Of a stretch of 64,000 bases of DNA, positions 25,568 to 37,208 are shown piece after piece. A program made the position numbers and the translations under genes. How positions within the stretch are numbered: the stretch's first letter is position 1; every line of letters starts with the position of its first letter. This DNA is from Marsupella aquatica (lineage: Eukaryota; Plantae; Marchantiophyta), in assembly GCA_973895155.1 (NCBI GenBank), contig OZ316891.1, positions 17,730,095-17,794,094 of the forward strand. Direction: 5' to 3'. The notes under the pieces were generated by a model. It did no database searches, was not told where the DNA came from, and worked only from the letters and a program-made list of their open reading frames with translations.

Positions 25568-28500
25568 TCACTGCAGACTAACACACTCTGATGGCCAGAG
25601 CACAAGAGATCCTACTGCATCTGCAATTATTTCCTGAGGTGGATCATCGACTCTATTCGGAAATGGCAAATTACAATCAGATACAATCACTGTAGTCAAC
25701 TCGGAAATGGCAAATTACAATCAGATACAATCACTGTAGTCAACAACACTACTACATGGTCATCAGGGACCACTTTGCCATGGAATTTTGCATGATCCGG
25801 TCGCAAAATGCCTGTACCCACACATACCTGCGAGTCATCCTCCCATGATAGAAGATTATGGACTGGCTCTGCTGTGGCTATCACCTCCACCTTACCCTGG
25901 CTATTTTTCTTGGCTTTCCTGGGTGGCTTATACATGACATTATTCATACCTTGGTTGCGAGTCATGACTTTGGCACGAGTGTTTTGTGCTGGTGATCGAG
26001 AATTGGCTACACTCTTCTTCAAAGAATCTGCATCCATATTTGACACTTCTGATTGTGTAGCAGGATTTCCCTGCGACATCATCTCAGTATCTGCCAACAT
26101 TGTACTTGCTTCAATTGAAGCATCTACAATCTTACTTGCATCCAATGTTGCTCCCAAGTTTCGACGTCGCTTCACCCTATTCTCACTTGGTTGAGAGTCT
26201 GTCAACTCTGCATCAACTTCAATTCAGTGTCATGTCCAACATAAGTCAATCACTCATCACATGTGCTAAATGTACATGTCACCAACCACAAAGTTGTCAC
26301 TATCTCCTTACCATTATGAACAGCCTTCTTCCCCTTCTTTGCCATTGCCATATGCTCCATGTCTGCTTCTGTTGATCAATAAACACACCACAATATTCAG
26401 GTTGAATCTATTAACCACTGAATTGTTGCTCAACATTCATATAGAGGAATTTAAAGCATCAGCTTACCTGATACCTCCTTGGCTATGGTCACTGAGGCAC
26501 TGGGCACATCTTCTTCATTATTGCTCTTCAATCATGATGTCACTTTAGATCCCAGTTCATCCAACCAGTTCTTACAGAAAAGATTACCTCCAACCGGCTT
26601 AAGCTTCACAAAACTCCATGCACTTTTCAAATGTAATGTACTGGATCATAGCAGGTTACCTGTCTCAGCAACCTTCTTGCCCTTCTGCTTATTGATTACA
26701 GGGTCCTTCTCTGCCTCCACTCTTCCTGCATTCAAACCATTCACTCAATTCATGAAAACTTACTTCTAACATTTGAACATAGGACACAATGAACAATGGG
26801 CCGGTGTCATTTCCATACCTGTGTCAGATTTGCCAATTCCCTTTTTTGTTAACAAGGGTACACTTTGTACAATGTTGCCCTCATTGTTTGGTTGGGAACC
26901 ACCCAATTTTTCAATCACAAGCTTGAAATTAGATTCCACTGATGCAAGAAGGTTCGCTACAGATGCCTCCACAATATCCAAACGATCAGCCAATTTACTT
27001 TCCACTCGAGGGAGTCCACACTCTAATGACTTCAACCGTTCACACATCTCTGTGAGAGTTGTAACAGTTCCCTGTCATAACACAGCTTACATATCTCAGA
27101 TAACTGTCCCCAAGAACTGGTTGCTTACTTCCTACTACATTTCTTTCTGATGCTCAAGGCCAAATAGTCACAGAACATACAGAATTACAACATAATCACC
27201 TGTTTGGAAGTTACACTTGTCACCTCACTCCTTTGTTTCATGAACTCCTCTCTCACTTCTTGTGCTGATGGTTCTTCACCTGTCAATTTCTTCTGCAGTT
27301 CACATCAACATACATATGAATGAAACCAAGTGTTGATTGTCAATGAAAATGTAATAATGGTAGCAAGATGATAAGTTTGAGGCTTACTATCAGGCATGTC
27401 ACTGCCTTACCAATTGTTCTTTCACTGGAGCATAACTTCCTCTCCCAGCCTGTGAAAGGTGTTTCACTTTGCCTCGAGCATTTGACATCAGTTCACTCTT
27501 GCTCTGTCCAGCCTCCGACATGAACCCTTTGATTAACCGTGTCCATTGATCCAGTTCCAATGATGGGGGTGGTGGCATTCTCCTGTTAGAACCATTGTCT
27601 ATCCACATCCTTTTCAACCTATGCCTCTCTTGTTTCAAAATCCTCATTGCATAATCTGATATGCAATCTTCAACTGGGCCCTTACCATCATTACCAACAT
27701 ACTCCCACCGTTCAAGAATGTCCTTGCAGATAGCAGCCCAATCAGCTTTGTTCTGACTCCTAAACTTTGTAATGCTCAAATCTAACCAACGCAATACTTC
27801 TCCTCTTAGGTCAGAATGCCAACGGTTCTTACCATCACATGTGGGAGTTATCCAACCTTCGGAATTCACTTCTACTTTACCAAATTTGTTACTGTCTCCT
27901 GCCTTGGTACTCCCTGAAGCGCTACTAGGTGTCCCTCCACGGCCTGGTGTCCCCCCACGGCCTGGGGTCCCTCCACGGCCTGATCTCCCCCCACGGCCTG
28001 GATTGCATTGTCCAAACCTCCCTGGAGTCCCTGCACATTTACAGGATCCATTTACAGTCACTTACATTAGGTAAGTATGAATCATAAATCCTGCTGCCAA
28101 ATATACACTGGACTTCAGAGCAATTCTACAATGACCAAGTTACCTCTCCCTTGGCGCATAGATGGTTCTGGACCACCTGTCCTATTGCTTTGTCTTGATG
28201 AATTAGGGCCGTTTCTCCCGCCTGTGAATGATTGCCGCCTATTTGAACGTGGATGGCCTTTGTTGTTTTCGTGATTGTCCCAATCAGAGTCTCCATACCA
28301 ACAGGTACATGCCACACTCATGGACCTGTAAGATAAACTCTTTGCCCTAGCTACACATCAGATAAGTCCATATTGAGCTAAATCTCTACTACCATCACAA
28401 AATCACTAGCACAAGGCACTTACTTGTCCAATCATCCTCCTCACCTTTCCATTGCCCTCTGTACCCGTCTCTACCACGCTCTGGGTGTTCATATTCATCC

Positions 28501-28930
28501 CATCCATCTTCTGCTCCATCATAGTCATCATCATAATTATCAAGCGTCCCTTGCCAATAACTCTGGCTCCTTCTAGGGTATGGATTATGTGATTTCTCTC
28601 TAGCTGCCCACCTACCTGGGACTTGATGAGGGCCCTGTGCAGGATGCACAGGTGCATTTTTCTGTGAGCCCCCTGCATCTGGGTCTCCATCCATATCCAA
28701 TCTTTCCTCTTCACCCCACTCTCCAAGCCCCATGTCTGTCTCCATGTCATCACCCTCTTCCCCCATAGCTTCTGCACAGCACCCACAACCAAACAGGGAG
28801 AATCAGCACACTAAATTCAAAGTATCAATCAATTTCATGCATATCCAACTATCCTAAACATCATTCCAGGCAGCAATTCCCGTTCTGTGACTCTGTGCAG
28901 GTAGTCATCCTCAACCTCATACTTGCCAAT
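25568..28930 (-). pseudogene. CACTA TnpA-like multi-exon gene
   Basis: Exonic pieces: acidic N-terminus, PGRGG repeats, ..QERHRLKR..PPPSLELDQWTRLIK..SELMSNARGKV..AGRGSY (Ptta/En/Spm type), a coiled coil, and C-terminal FHGKVVPDDHVVV..LPFP..DAVGSLVLWP. A 44-bp tandem duplication (25657-25744) frameshifts the last exon. Exon limits are approximate. Confidence 0.75.
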
Positions 28931-28943
28931 CGCCAGCTGTTGC

Positions 28944-31900
28944 CTATTGCAAATCATCAACCTCATCATATTCCATTTGCCCAGGTTCATCATATGTCTC
29001 TCTCAATATTAAGGGGATGTAGTCAGTCCCTACCCGAGTTGGAAGTACAGTCTCATGACTAGGATGCTCGAATGCAGCATGGTCATCCAAACTGAACTCT
29101 ACTTTACTTCCATCCATCCGCCTGTTCCGTGCTTGGCTATGGCATACCACCCTCCAGCCATGTGACTCCTCCACATCTGCAAAGAAACCCTGTTCAACTT
29201 GGCTAGGGAAAACAAAAGGCTCAGACCATTCTGGTACTCTGGACCTAAAATTGGCCAACAAGAACCCATCATGATCACGCTTCATGGTGGCCCTTGGTCT
29301 CTGCCACTCTGATTTCACCCATGATCCCTTCATCAATATCACTGGGACACTTGTGTTACCATAATTCAACACCCAAATGTCGGTCAACTCCCCCACGTAA
29401 CCCATCTTCATCCACCCCCTCTGTTCTTCAGAGGTTCTCTGCTCAAACACAGAAATCAAACCACAATCATATGATACACAATGGTCACCCTGCTCATCCC
29501 TCACTCGATAATGATTTCCATAAGCTCTCATCCGTTTGTAGGTCAGAATAGACAATCGTGGTGGCACAGATAGAAGATACAAATCTTTCTCCATATCTGG
29601 ATGATGTCTACTATGCTCTCAAATTGTCACCCGAATCCACTGCTCGAACTATGGGAAGGGATCCTGCTGCCTAGAGTGTGCAGCTTTTTGCATATCATAT
29701 TCCCTGCAATATGAGGTACAGGCATAGTTAGGTCTAAACAACACATGACAACCTAAGATCACCCTTGGAACAGACAAGAAGCATCACAACAAAGGCAAGT
29801 CAATTCAATCACTCACCTCCACCATGGTTGCATAGGCTCTGTGTTTGCCAGCACATATGAATGAGCCTTGTCTCGAATCGCAACAAGCAGCTGAATAGCA
29901 CATCCCACACCTTCAACAACCTCGCCACTCACTCCATCATCTTCACCAGATTTCCAAACTCTTGTCATAGCTTCACCAGACCCAGCCATGTACTCTGTTA
30001 GGAATCCCAACGTCTCATCCTTAATGTACCCCAATGCCATGGAAGCCTCTGGCCTGTAGTATGTTCTCACATGACCTTTCAACAACTTCATGTATCGCTC
30101 CATAGGGTACATCCATCTGGTACTGACTGGCCCATACTGCCCTAGCTCTTCTACCACATGGATTAGGAGATGAGTCATAACATCAAAGAAAGCAGGGGGT
30201 AGTATATCTCCAAGTCACAGAGGACATAAGCAGCATCCTGCTTCAACTGCTCCAATCCTTGGGGATCCCACACTTTCACACATATACGGCGAAATACATT
30301 GCATAGTCAAAGAATGACATTACGGACTGGTTTCTGCATGAGACCTCTGAGGCATAGGGGCAGAATGTGCTGCATCAACACATGGTAGTCATGTGTTTTC
30401 ATACTGCCAAGTTTATTCTTTGTAATATGCTTCTTGAAGGCACTTTCAGACAGCTCAATCTATACAAGAATGTCTTCCATTCATCCTGTGTGCACACATA
30501 GGGAGCTTGGAACTTGAGAAGTACATTGGGATTGCTTGCATGGGGCTTCAACCAAAGGTGAGGGCCAATCCCCTTCTGTTGCATATCAGCTCGAACTGCT
30601 CCTGTATCTTTCTCACCCGACAAGAACTTCAGCAAGCTCTCACAAATATTTTTCTCAATGTGCATGACGTCCACATTGTGTTTGCTGGCCTCGAATTCCT
30701 GCACTCCACAAAGCAAAGAATTCAACAACAGAAACACTAATTAACCACATAGGAGGATTGTAACCAACATCAATCCACCATTGCTCGTATCTAAAATTGC
30801 AATCATACAGGGGCTGGAGGCTAAGTACATTACCCTCCAGTACTCCAACTCCAAGTCCATCAAGGTCTGTCTTTTCACACCGTGTTTCACCACTGGATCC
30901 TCGGGTTCTCGATCAGTGGCACTTCTCTTGTCCCAATCAGCCTTCCTGGCTGCCCACCTCAGGACTTGCTCTCTGGTGACCCTCTGTGGTGGGCCACGAA
31001 GCTCTGTTTTGTTGTTGAAGTGTGCAATTTGAGACCGTGTGTGCCTGTAAGGATGATCAACAGGCAGATACCTTCTATGCCCCTGAAATTTCATACTGTG
31101 CAGGGCATGCGACCACTCACTTGTCACATTTTTCCCACATGGTGTGCACCCCACATAGCCCTTTGTCACTCGTCCAGATATGATGCCATGGCCTGGGTAA
31201 TCTGCTATATCCAGCAAACAAATTGCATGCAGTCTAAAGGGGCTGGGTCGAAGAAGCCCCTTCAGAACATCATGGGTTAACACCCCTTCTATCCACAAAG
31301 TCTTCCACTCTTCCACTGCTGGAGCCAACATGATATCTATGAATTGCTCGGTCACAGAAGCTGGTCCAGGGATTAACAACACCATCATGACAAAAAACCT
31401 CTTTGTAGTCATCCATGGGGGAAGGTTGTAATTTAGCAGCGTAACCGGCCAACATGAATAACGGTTGTTTTTGTCTCCAAATGGGTTTACTCCATCCAGT
31501 GATAGACCAAATCGAAAGTTCCGCTTCTCTACAACAAACTGTGGCCACCTCTCATCAACAAATTTCCAATGGTTGGAATCTCCAATGTGACGTTGCAGGC
31601 CATCACTGCTCTTGTTATCAGGAGTCCATGTCATCAGCTTGGAAATGGCAGGGCATCTAAACAGACGTTGTAGTCTAGGAATGAGAGGAAAATGACGAAG
31701 AACCTTGGCAGGATGTGTACATTTCCCTACATTCTTGTACCTGTGCTTACCACAATGAGGGCATGTCAATTTATCTGCATGCTCTTTGCGAAAGAGAACA
31801 CACCCATCAGGGCATGCGTCAATAGACACATAGTTCAGCCCAAGGTTAGACATCAATTTCCTAGCCTCGTACATATTTTTTGGAATTGAATTACCATCTG

Positions 31901-32929
31901 GTAACACATTTCGGCGCAGGAAGGTCAACAACTCTGTCACAAATATATTGGGAACATTGTGATTGCCACAGATGTTCAACAACAACACGACAAAACCCAG
32001 CTTGGAGCAGTTCGACCCCTCGTAGATAGGAATGCAAGCTTCTTTGATGTGTTTTGGGCCCCCAAACACCCACTCCCTCTCTGCTGCACCTTCCCCAATG
32101 TCAAAGTCAGGTTCAGCTTGGCCATCGCCAATGTGTGGCTGCGGTTCATTGTCCTCTTCTGATTCCACTGTGTCGTAAAAAGCATCAAGGTCTTCAAAAA
32201 TCTCTTGAACCATTCTTGGGACATCCATCCCACCGTCCTCAGTGACTGCCTTTGCCTCTCCATCTTGGTCATCCACGTTCTCATGTTGGACCCCAGGACC
32301 ATCCTCTGCACAGTCTATGTCCTGCTCTCTCGGGGGTTTCACTTCCACAAAAATGGCACATCACGTGCGACGAAGTATAGGGTTGATTTATTGGTTTGAA
32401 GGGAAGACTTAAGAATTTTTGTAGAAGAACAATAGGGTCCTTTAAATTCAATTTTGAGACTTATAAGAACATTAGGGTCTTTTTAACCAAAATTTTGGAA
32501 TATTCCAAGAATATTCCAACTTTATAGGGGTTGAAAAATTAAAAAAAATTCTTATATTTTAGGGGGTCTGAGGCCTAAAAACGTCGCAGGGGATGGGGAG
32601 ACATCCATATAGTGAGACCCCTGAGCCTGCTCTACGTAGTCTCTACGCCTAGCTGTATTAGAATCCACAAAGTCAGCTCTCCACTCTTCATCAGAGGAGT
32701 CTTCTTCTGCTGGTACATTCCAAACCCTCCACCGAGGGTGTCTTTCATGCCGCAGCAGGTGAAGGTGCACAGTGTTCAAACTCAACGACTTGAATCCTTG
32801 GCACTGTGTGCATGGGCATCTCATCCTCCTACTCCTACCTTGGGCGGCCCGGGCTTGTTCACGCATCCACAATTTAGAATCATGATGCCTAATCCTAAAT
32901 GGGTTGTGAAGAGGCAACCTTGGAGCCAT
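28944..32929 (-). pseudogene. CACTA TnpD transposase (Transposase_21/DUF4218/DUF4216 type), disrupted
   Basis: RCPCTQC..VHLHL; IDACPDGCVLF; LRHFPLIPRLQRLF; LSLDGVNPF..YSCWPV..NYNLPPW; DYPG; DVMHIEKN; KTHDYHV; MTHLLIH..GPV..RWMYPMERYMK; EPFVFPSQVEQ. Broken by a MITE (32362-32592), a frameshifting deletion near 30435, a TGA near 30307 and a frameshift near 30200. Confidence 0.92.
32362..32592. mobile_element. 231-bp MITE inserted in the TnpD coding sequence, AT target duplication
   Basis: at|CACGTGCGACG ... CGTCGCAGGGG|at. Removing the element plus one AT restores the TnpD frame (..MDVSPCAIFVEVKPP..). Confidence 0.85.
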
Positions 32930-33282
32930 CACTATACACACGCACTCAGCACCCTATCATTTTATTATGCAAGTGAAAAATACACTTCCTGTTAAGGATT
33001 TCACCCCCGACTGTACTTGCCAAAATACGTAACATTCCAAAAAAACAAAAAAACAAAAAATATAGGTGCCTGAGTCATGTACCTATTCTCAAGTGAATGA
33101 GACAAAATTCCTAAATGTTTGAGGGTGTCAACTCCTCCGCTGTCCTCACATGTATTGCCTCTGCACGTACATCCATGACCATATCAGAGTCCAATCATGT
33201 ATAGTCATAGACACAGGTGCCAGGTGCGAGACCGGTGTGAGATGTCCTCATCTTACTACCACATCAAATACGGATACCAATC

Positions 33283-33789
33283 CTATTGTCGATGCCACTC
33301 AGCCCTGAGGTACTCAGGCATGTACATTAAGTCATCAAGGTCTAAACCCTGCTCATGCCATGGTGGTCTTCGATCCGTGCCTACAAGCAGTGGTAGCAGT
33401 GCCCTCCATGGTGCACATGTTGCTACTAAGTCCCTCCACTGGGTACTAATTAGTCTATATTTGCAGATATCTTGTGCGCCAGACACCACAAGAACCCTCG
33501 GCCAGACATGTGTAAGAACTATATCATCTGCCAAATCAGGCAACAAGGAACCACCTACAGCATCGTGCTTGTCTAACTCATCTGCTGAAAAGTAAATGTC
33601 CTCTTCCGACTGTGCATCCTCATTCACCACAGCATTCACAACACATCCAAGGTCTGCAGGCATTATCTCGGATGGAGCTACACTCTGTCTGGTTACCAAC
33701 CCACACAAGTAAGCCCAAGCAGTAGCCATGCACGATGCAACCCGTAGGAGGACCCTACATAGGGCCTGACGGTCTGGAAGAGGCAGCAT
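33283..33789 (-). CDS. F-box-motif protein carried by the CACTA (possibly C-terminally truncated)
   Basis: LLPDLADDIVLTHVWPRV..CKYRLISTQWRDLV fits the F-box consensus LP.E/D....I...L.........VSK.W..L. The stops after 33283 are TAG/TAA/TGA, explainable as C-to-T of Gln/Arg codons. Confidence 0.6.
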   Translation of the reverse strand: MLPLPDRQALCRVLLRVASCMATAWAYLCGLVTRQSVAPSEIMPADLGCVVNAVVNEDAQSEEDIYFSADELDKHDAVGGSLLPDLADDIVLTHVWPRVLVVSGAQDICKYRLISTQWRDLVATCAPWRALLPLLVGTDRRPPWHEQGLDLDDLMYMPEYLRAEWHRQ

Positions 33790-33965
33790 ACCCACCAAAG
33801 TCTTCAACCAAACAGAGCCCAGCAAGTAGATTCACAGTCACACCCCACACAGCAGGAAACAACAATCACTTCAACTGCGACCAACCATGACAAGATGAGT
33901 TAGTTCAAGGATCACATTTATTACAAAATTGTGATTTATACAAAAATATGAGGGACTCCTACTCC

Positions 33966-34814
33966 TCACTCTCTCCCACCTTTGCTAAGCATACATCTCC
34001 GCTGAATCTTGGAGGGCCAGGCCTCAAAAATATCAAAGTCCCAAGCATGCTGTCGCTTCCCTCTAACTGCTGATTCCAGAAGCCAATCAGGGGAAAGCAC
34101 CCAAAGATTGTTGTTCATGACAAAATCACGCACTATTGTCTTAAAGAATTTTCTGCATATTTTCATGTATGACAGACCTACAACATGAGTGGAGGTTTCT
34201 GTTAGACTCTCCTCCACTGTCCCACCTAGCTCAACAACTATGGACTTGTATAGTCTGCACTTAGTCTCCCCAATTCCTTCTTCTGCAAATACCACACTGA
34301 ACCCCTTCATAATGGTATTTCTCTCCTTGCCATGCTCATTCAATATAGCATCTGCACGCATAGGATGGTGTCCTATGTTGACAACAGGTCCATATTGGAC
34401 AGAAGCAAAGTTGGGTTTCTCTGCCGCTGCTTCATAGGCTTCCTTTTCAGCCAAAGCCTCTGCAGTGGCCTCCTCACTCTCCCACAACTCATATTGCTCA
34501 GTACTCTGTACACACCTATGTTTAACAGAATCGGTCAGCCAAGAGACTTCAACTACTTTTAGACCTTGGTTGGTAATGGCAGAATCAATGAAGGACCATG
34601 ACCACTTGTTCATCACATCCAGCCATGTCCCCGCAACAACATGTGTAGTCTGTGGAGTGATGTCCTTGACTTCAGTCCCATGGAACTCTGAGAATCGTTT
34701 TTGTACGATTGGCCAACTCACTTGGGTGAACCCATAGTGGCCAGGAATCAAAATGGCTTTGATTCCAGCCAACAGAGGCGGGTGGTCAACCTTTGTACGT
34801 TTCCTAGAGGCCAT
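33966..34814 (-). CDS. Tandem BRCT-domain protein (DNA polymerase lambda-type BRCT), intact 282-aa ORF in the CACTA
   Basis: Two repeats: LLAGIKAIL..HGT..TTHVV..VVEVSWLTDSV and MKGFSVVF..GIG..ELGG..STHVV..VLSPDWLLESA..FDIF, with the BRCT GG, THVV and W..(D/E)S hallmarks; basic NLS-like N-terminus (RKRTK). Confidence 0.85.
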   Translation of the reverse strand: MASRKRTKVDHPPLLAGIKAILIPGHYGFTQVSWPIVQKRFSEFHGTEVKDITPQTTHVVAGTWLDVMNKWSWSFIDSAITNQGLKVVEVSWLTDSVKHRCVQSTEQYELWESEEATAEALAEKEAYEAAAEKPNFASVQYGPVVNIGHHPMRADAILNEHGKERNTIMKGFSVVFAEEGIGETKCRLYKSIVVELGGTVEESLTETSTHVVGLSYMKICRKFFKTIVRDFVMNNNLWVLSPDWLLESAVRGKRQHAWDFDIFEAWPSKIQRRCMLSKGGRE

Positions 34815-35412
34815 GTACACACGGGCCACCTAATCACTACAGACCAGAAGATAATGCGTTCACCTGATAATCGGAGGGCCCTTAAAATGCTGCGTTTATA
34901 ACTTGGTCCAGTCCAGTCGTCTGGTGAGTCTCTGCTCCGATTCCAAACGGGAGAAATATTGGGACAAACATACTAGACACCTGCAAGCATGCACCTCATA
35001 GTTTGAATATGTGCCTTCACAATATTGAAGGTGACAAGTGCAATTGTTTTGTGATGCCACATACAGATGTTGTAAATGGGCAGACATTCAATGAGAATAC
35101 AAAATGTTGGTACACTTTAAGGGAATTCTCACAAATTAAATAGCCTTGTAACTTATATGCTCATAATGAGAAGTCCTGATTTAATTTAAGCAGTGTCATG
35201 TAAGTCGTGATCAAAATGATTGCAGAGTTAAAAAAGTTCCTAGAAGGCTTAAGGGGAGTTTTTGAAGGCATGTACCCAGGAACAAGTAATGAACTTAGGG
35301 TACTTGTTGCCTAAGCATCCTCTCCTACAGAGGTCCTTCTTCTCAAAATTGGAATGTCTGCAATCTCCAAGGTATCCACATCAGGTGCACTATGCATGTA
35401 CATTATTCAGGT

Positions 35413-36093
35413 TCAAAGCCAAGAAATGTGATCTCTCATGGGAGTGTGCAAAGTAGGATCTATGGCATGGCGATGACAATAGAAGATCCATCGATCAACA
35501 CCATGTGCAGAGTGATCATAGATGTGTCTGTCACAAGCATAGCCTTCTGCTTGACGCTCCTTCAAACAATGAAAGTGCCACATGGTGGGACACCTAACAC
35601 AGTGGACTATGTCCACCCAGAAATCTTCATCGTGCTGACCACATGCCTTGCACTTATGAAGTGGGCAAGTTGTGGCAAGATCGGGCAAACATGAAAAACA
35701 AAAGAACCTCACACAATATCTGTCAGGGCATTTCCTAACAAGTGGTGGAGCATCAACAGAGCCCTCATAAGACCCCAACTTCCCACACTGTGCACACTTA
35801 GCCTACTTCTCCAAACAATTAGTGCACATCCAGCCTCCCTGGTGTGCTGACGGGAGGCCCACCCCTGGACAGTTGTTTTCTACAGCAAGGTCAGACTCTG
35901 GGTTGAGGTGGAAATGCCTCATGCAAGGGCCCTCACATATGGCTAAGCCACCACCATCGTCACAAATGGCACAACAATGAGCTGCCTTCTGGAAAATCTG
36001 ACTTGCGGAGAAGTTACTACCATCTGGCCCAACTACACCTGTGTTGCTCACCTCTGTCCCCCGCTTCTTGGCTCGGATTTTAGGGCGTGCCAT
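35413..36093 (-). pseudogene. EDM2-like (NSD-type) PHD-finger cluster; one ORF of about 226 codons with a single in-frame TAG at 35803-35805
   Basis: CAICDDGGGLAICEGPCMRHFH..WMCTNCLEK*AKCAQCGKLGS..CPLHKCKAC..CVRCPTMWHFHCL..IFYCHRHAIDPTLHTPMRDHI aligns by eye with recalled Arabidopsis EDM2 (CAICDNGG..CEGSCLRSFH..CPLHKC..CRRCPKSYHRKCL..IYCQEHEID..TPVRDHV). The two listed ORFs are in the same frame. Confidence 0.85.
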
Positions 36094-36758
36094 GCCTACG
36101 CATGAGACAGATAGTACAATTTAGCAGAGTGCACAGACAATACAATTTAGTGCAGTGTACAAAAAGTACAGTGTAGCATATAGACTAGAGTGGCAATTGC
36201 TACTGCAATGAAATGTTCACACACATGTGCAGAGTAGACATACTTTTTGGTTTGTTGAGCCCACACTAAAAACTGATCCCCTCAATAGCTCCACCTACAC
36301 CTAAATTTTGTGGCTATGATTCACCAAAGGAGATCTGCAACAAGATTTAATGCATTCGAATCACATATAACAGTCGTGACATGTAAAACAGGCATTTTTT
36401 GAACAGGATTGGTATCAAGCACTGTGATCAGGGTTGTAATTTATACATCCTAAATAGGCTATGATAGTGAATGAGACAAATAAGTTAGGCAAAAATCACT
36501 TTTTCCAGGTTATCACATGGCCCATTAATTCCAGTCTTTGAAAGGAGACTTTTAAGTGAGCTTGCTAGCCTCTTAAATTAGGATATTGTACTTAGTGCAG
36601 CCATAATAGGATAAGTTATGTACTGTTGACCCTAAACCCTGGACCCAGAATTGGTCATAATTCAAAATCTTAAGTAAATATCCTCTCTGTTCAAGTCAAA
36701 GTGTTAAGTTATAGGTCAATGGTCTCTGGTTTGTGCATGCGGTGTGACAAGTGGTCCT

Positions 36759-37208
36759 CTAGAGCGTGTGATCCAAACATGTGTAGACACCAAAGTGACC
36801 GGTGGTGGGGTCTGGGAGGGCAGGACAAGTGACATCGCCAGGCACACTGCAGGATGGCGAGTGGTTCCAGATGATACATTGTGCTCTGTGAAAAAACCGA
36901 CATCCAAGAGAACGGTCATCCAACTCTAGGCCAGAAGCCCTACAGGCAGGACAGTCATATTGGCAACTGTGCACACACCCTTGGGCCCTAATTTGTGGCG
37001 GGTCATGTACGAGAGACAGAAATACCAAGGATGTTGGGAAGGGTGGAGAAGCAGGTACAGGCCGGCTGTAGTTGTTCCTGGCAACAACTGGGTACTCAAA
37101 GTACCATGCAGACTGGGCTGGAAGGATCCCAAGTCTGACATACTCAAGGCGCAACATCTCTGCCTTGCGTGCAAGCCGCACATGTTCAGCGTTGCGGGTC
37201 CTCACCAT
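36759..37208 (-). CDS. Cys/His-rich hypothetical protein (149 aa) in the CACTA
   Basis: ATG-initiated ORF co-oriented with the other cargo; basic N-terminus (MVRTRN..RLARK) and CVHSCQYDCPAC..CRFFHRAQC cluster. No family recognised. Confidence 0.45.
   Translation of the reverse strand: MVRTRNAEHVRLARKAEMLRLEYVRLGILPAQSAWYFEYPVVARNNYSRPVPASPPFPTSLVFLSLVHDPPQIRAQGCVHSCQYDCPACRASGLELDDRSLGCRFFHRAQCIIWNHSPSCSVPGDVTCPALPDPTTGHFGVYTCLDHTL

Noticed and set aside
35803-35805. Programmed read-through or RNA editing of the PHD stop codon
   Set aside because: The same TAG pattern occurs across several TEs here and is more simply explained by C-to-T decay; plant C/U editing is organellar.
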